DNA of 64,000 bases from Lama glama (Eukaryota), in assembly GCA_028534125.1 (NCBI GenBank), contig CM052816.1, forward strand, positions 67,582,001 through 67,646,000, written 5' to 3'. Numbering within the stretch: position 1 is the first letter of the stretch; the number at the start of each line of letters is the position of its first letter. Positions 63,923 to 64,000 of the stretch are shown in pieces. The notes beneath the pieces were generated by a model, which was not told where the DNA came from, searched no databases, and saw only the letters and a list, made by a program, of their open reading frames with translations. Made by a program: the position numbers and the translations under genes.

Positions 63923-64000
63923 TAGGCAAATTAGTACAGAGAAATTGCTTAGTAATTACAATGAATATAAGCAACCAATTTATAAGTCATTTGAGTAGGG

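Overview
Mammalian genomic DNA, most likely from a camelid (camel, alpaca or llama), judged from three copies of a tRNA-derived Vic-1-like SINE and young L1 3' ends. Bases 1 to ~41,000 are intergenic and dominated by old repeats (L1, L2, MIR, MaLR/ERVL LTRs, hAT-Charlie, Tigger, MER2, MER20, MER94). A CpG island at ~41.1-43.05 kb is the promoter of MIER3 (+ strand), an ELM2-SANT transcriptional co-repressor. Ten coding exons splice through canonical GT-AG junctions into an uninterrupted 924-nt frame (308 codons, MAEASFGSSSPV...DFHLIQKNK), and the gene continues past the window end. I found no convincing new multi-gene system. The best leads are: (1) a TSD-flanked, polyadenylated ~380-bp retrocopy of an unidentified RNA inside an MLT1 LTR; (2) strong RFX X-box motifs in MIER3 introns 5 and 7; (3) a repeat-poor ~1.7-kb block running divergently from the MIER3 promoter; (4) readable fossils of a hAT transposase and a possible ERV RNase H; (5) alternative-acceptor and poison-exon candidates in MIER3. 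Repeat family names and repeat boundaries were assigned by eye and are approximate; exon coordinates were counted base by base.
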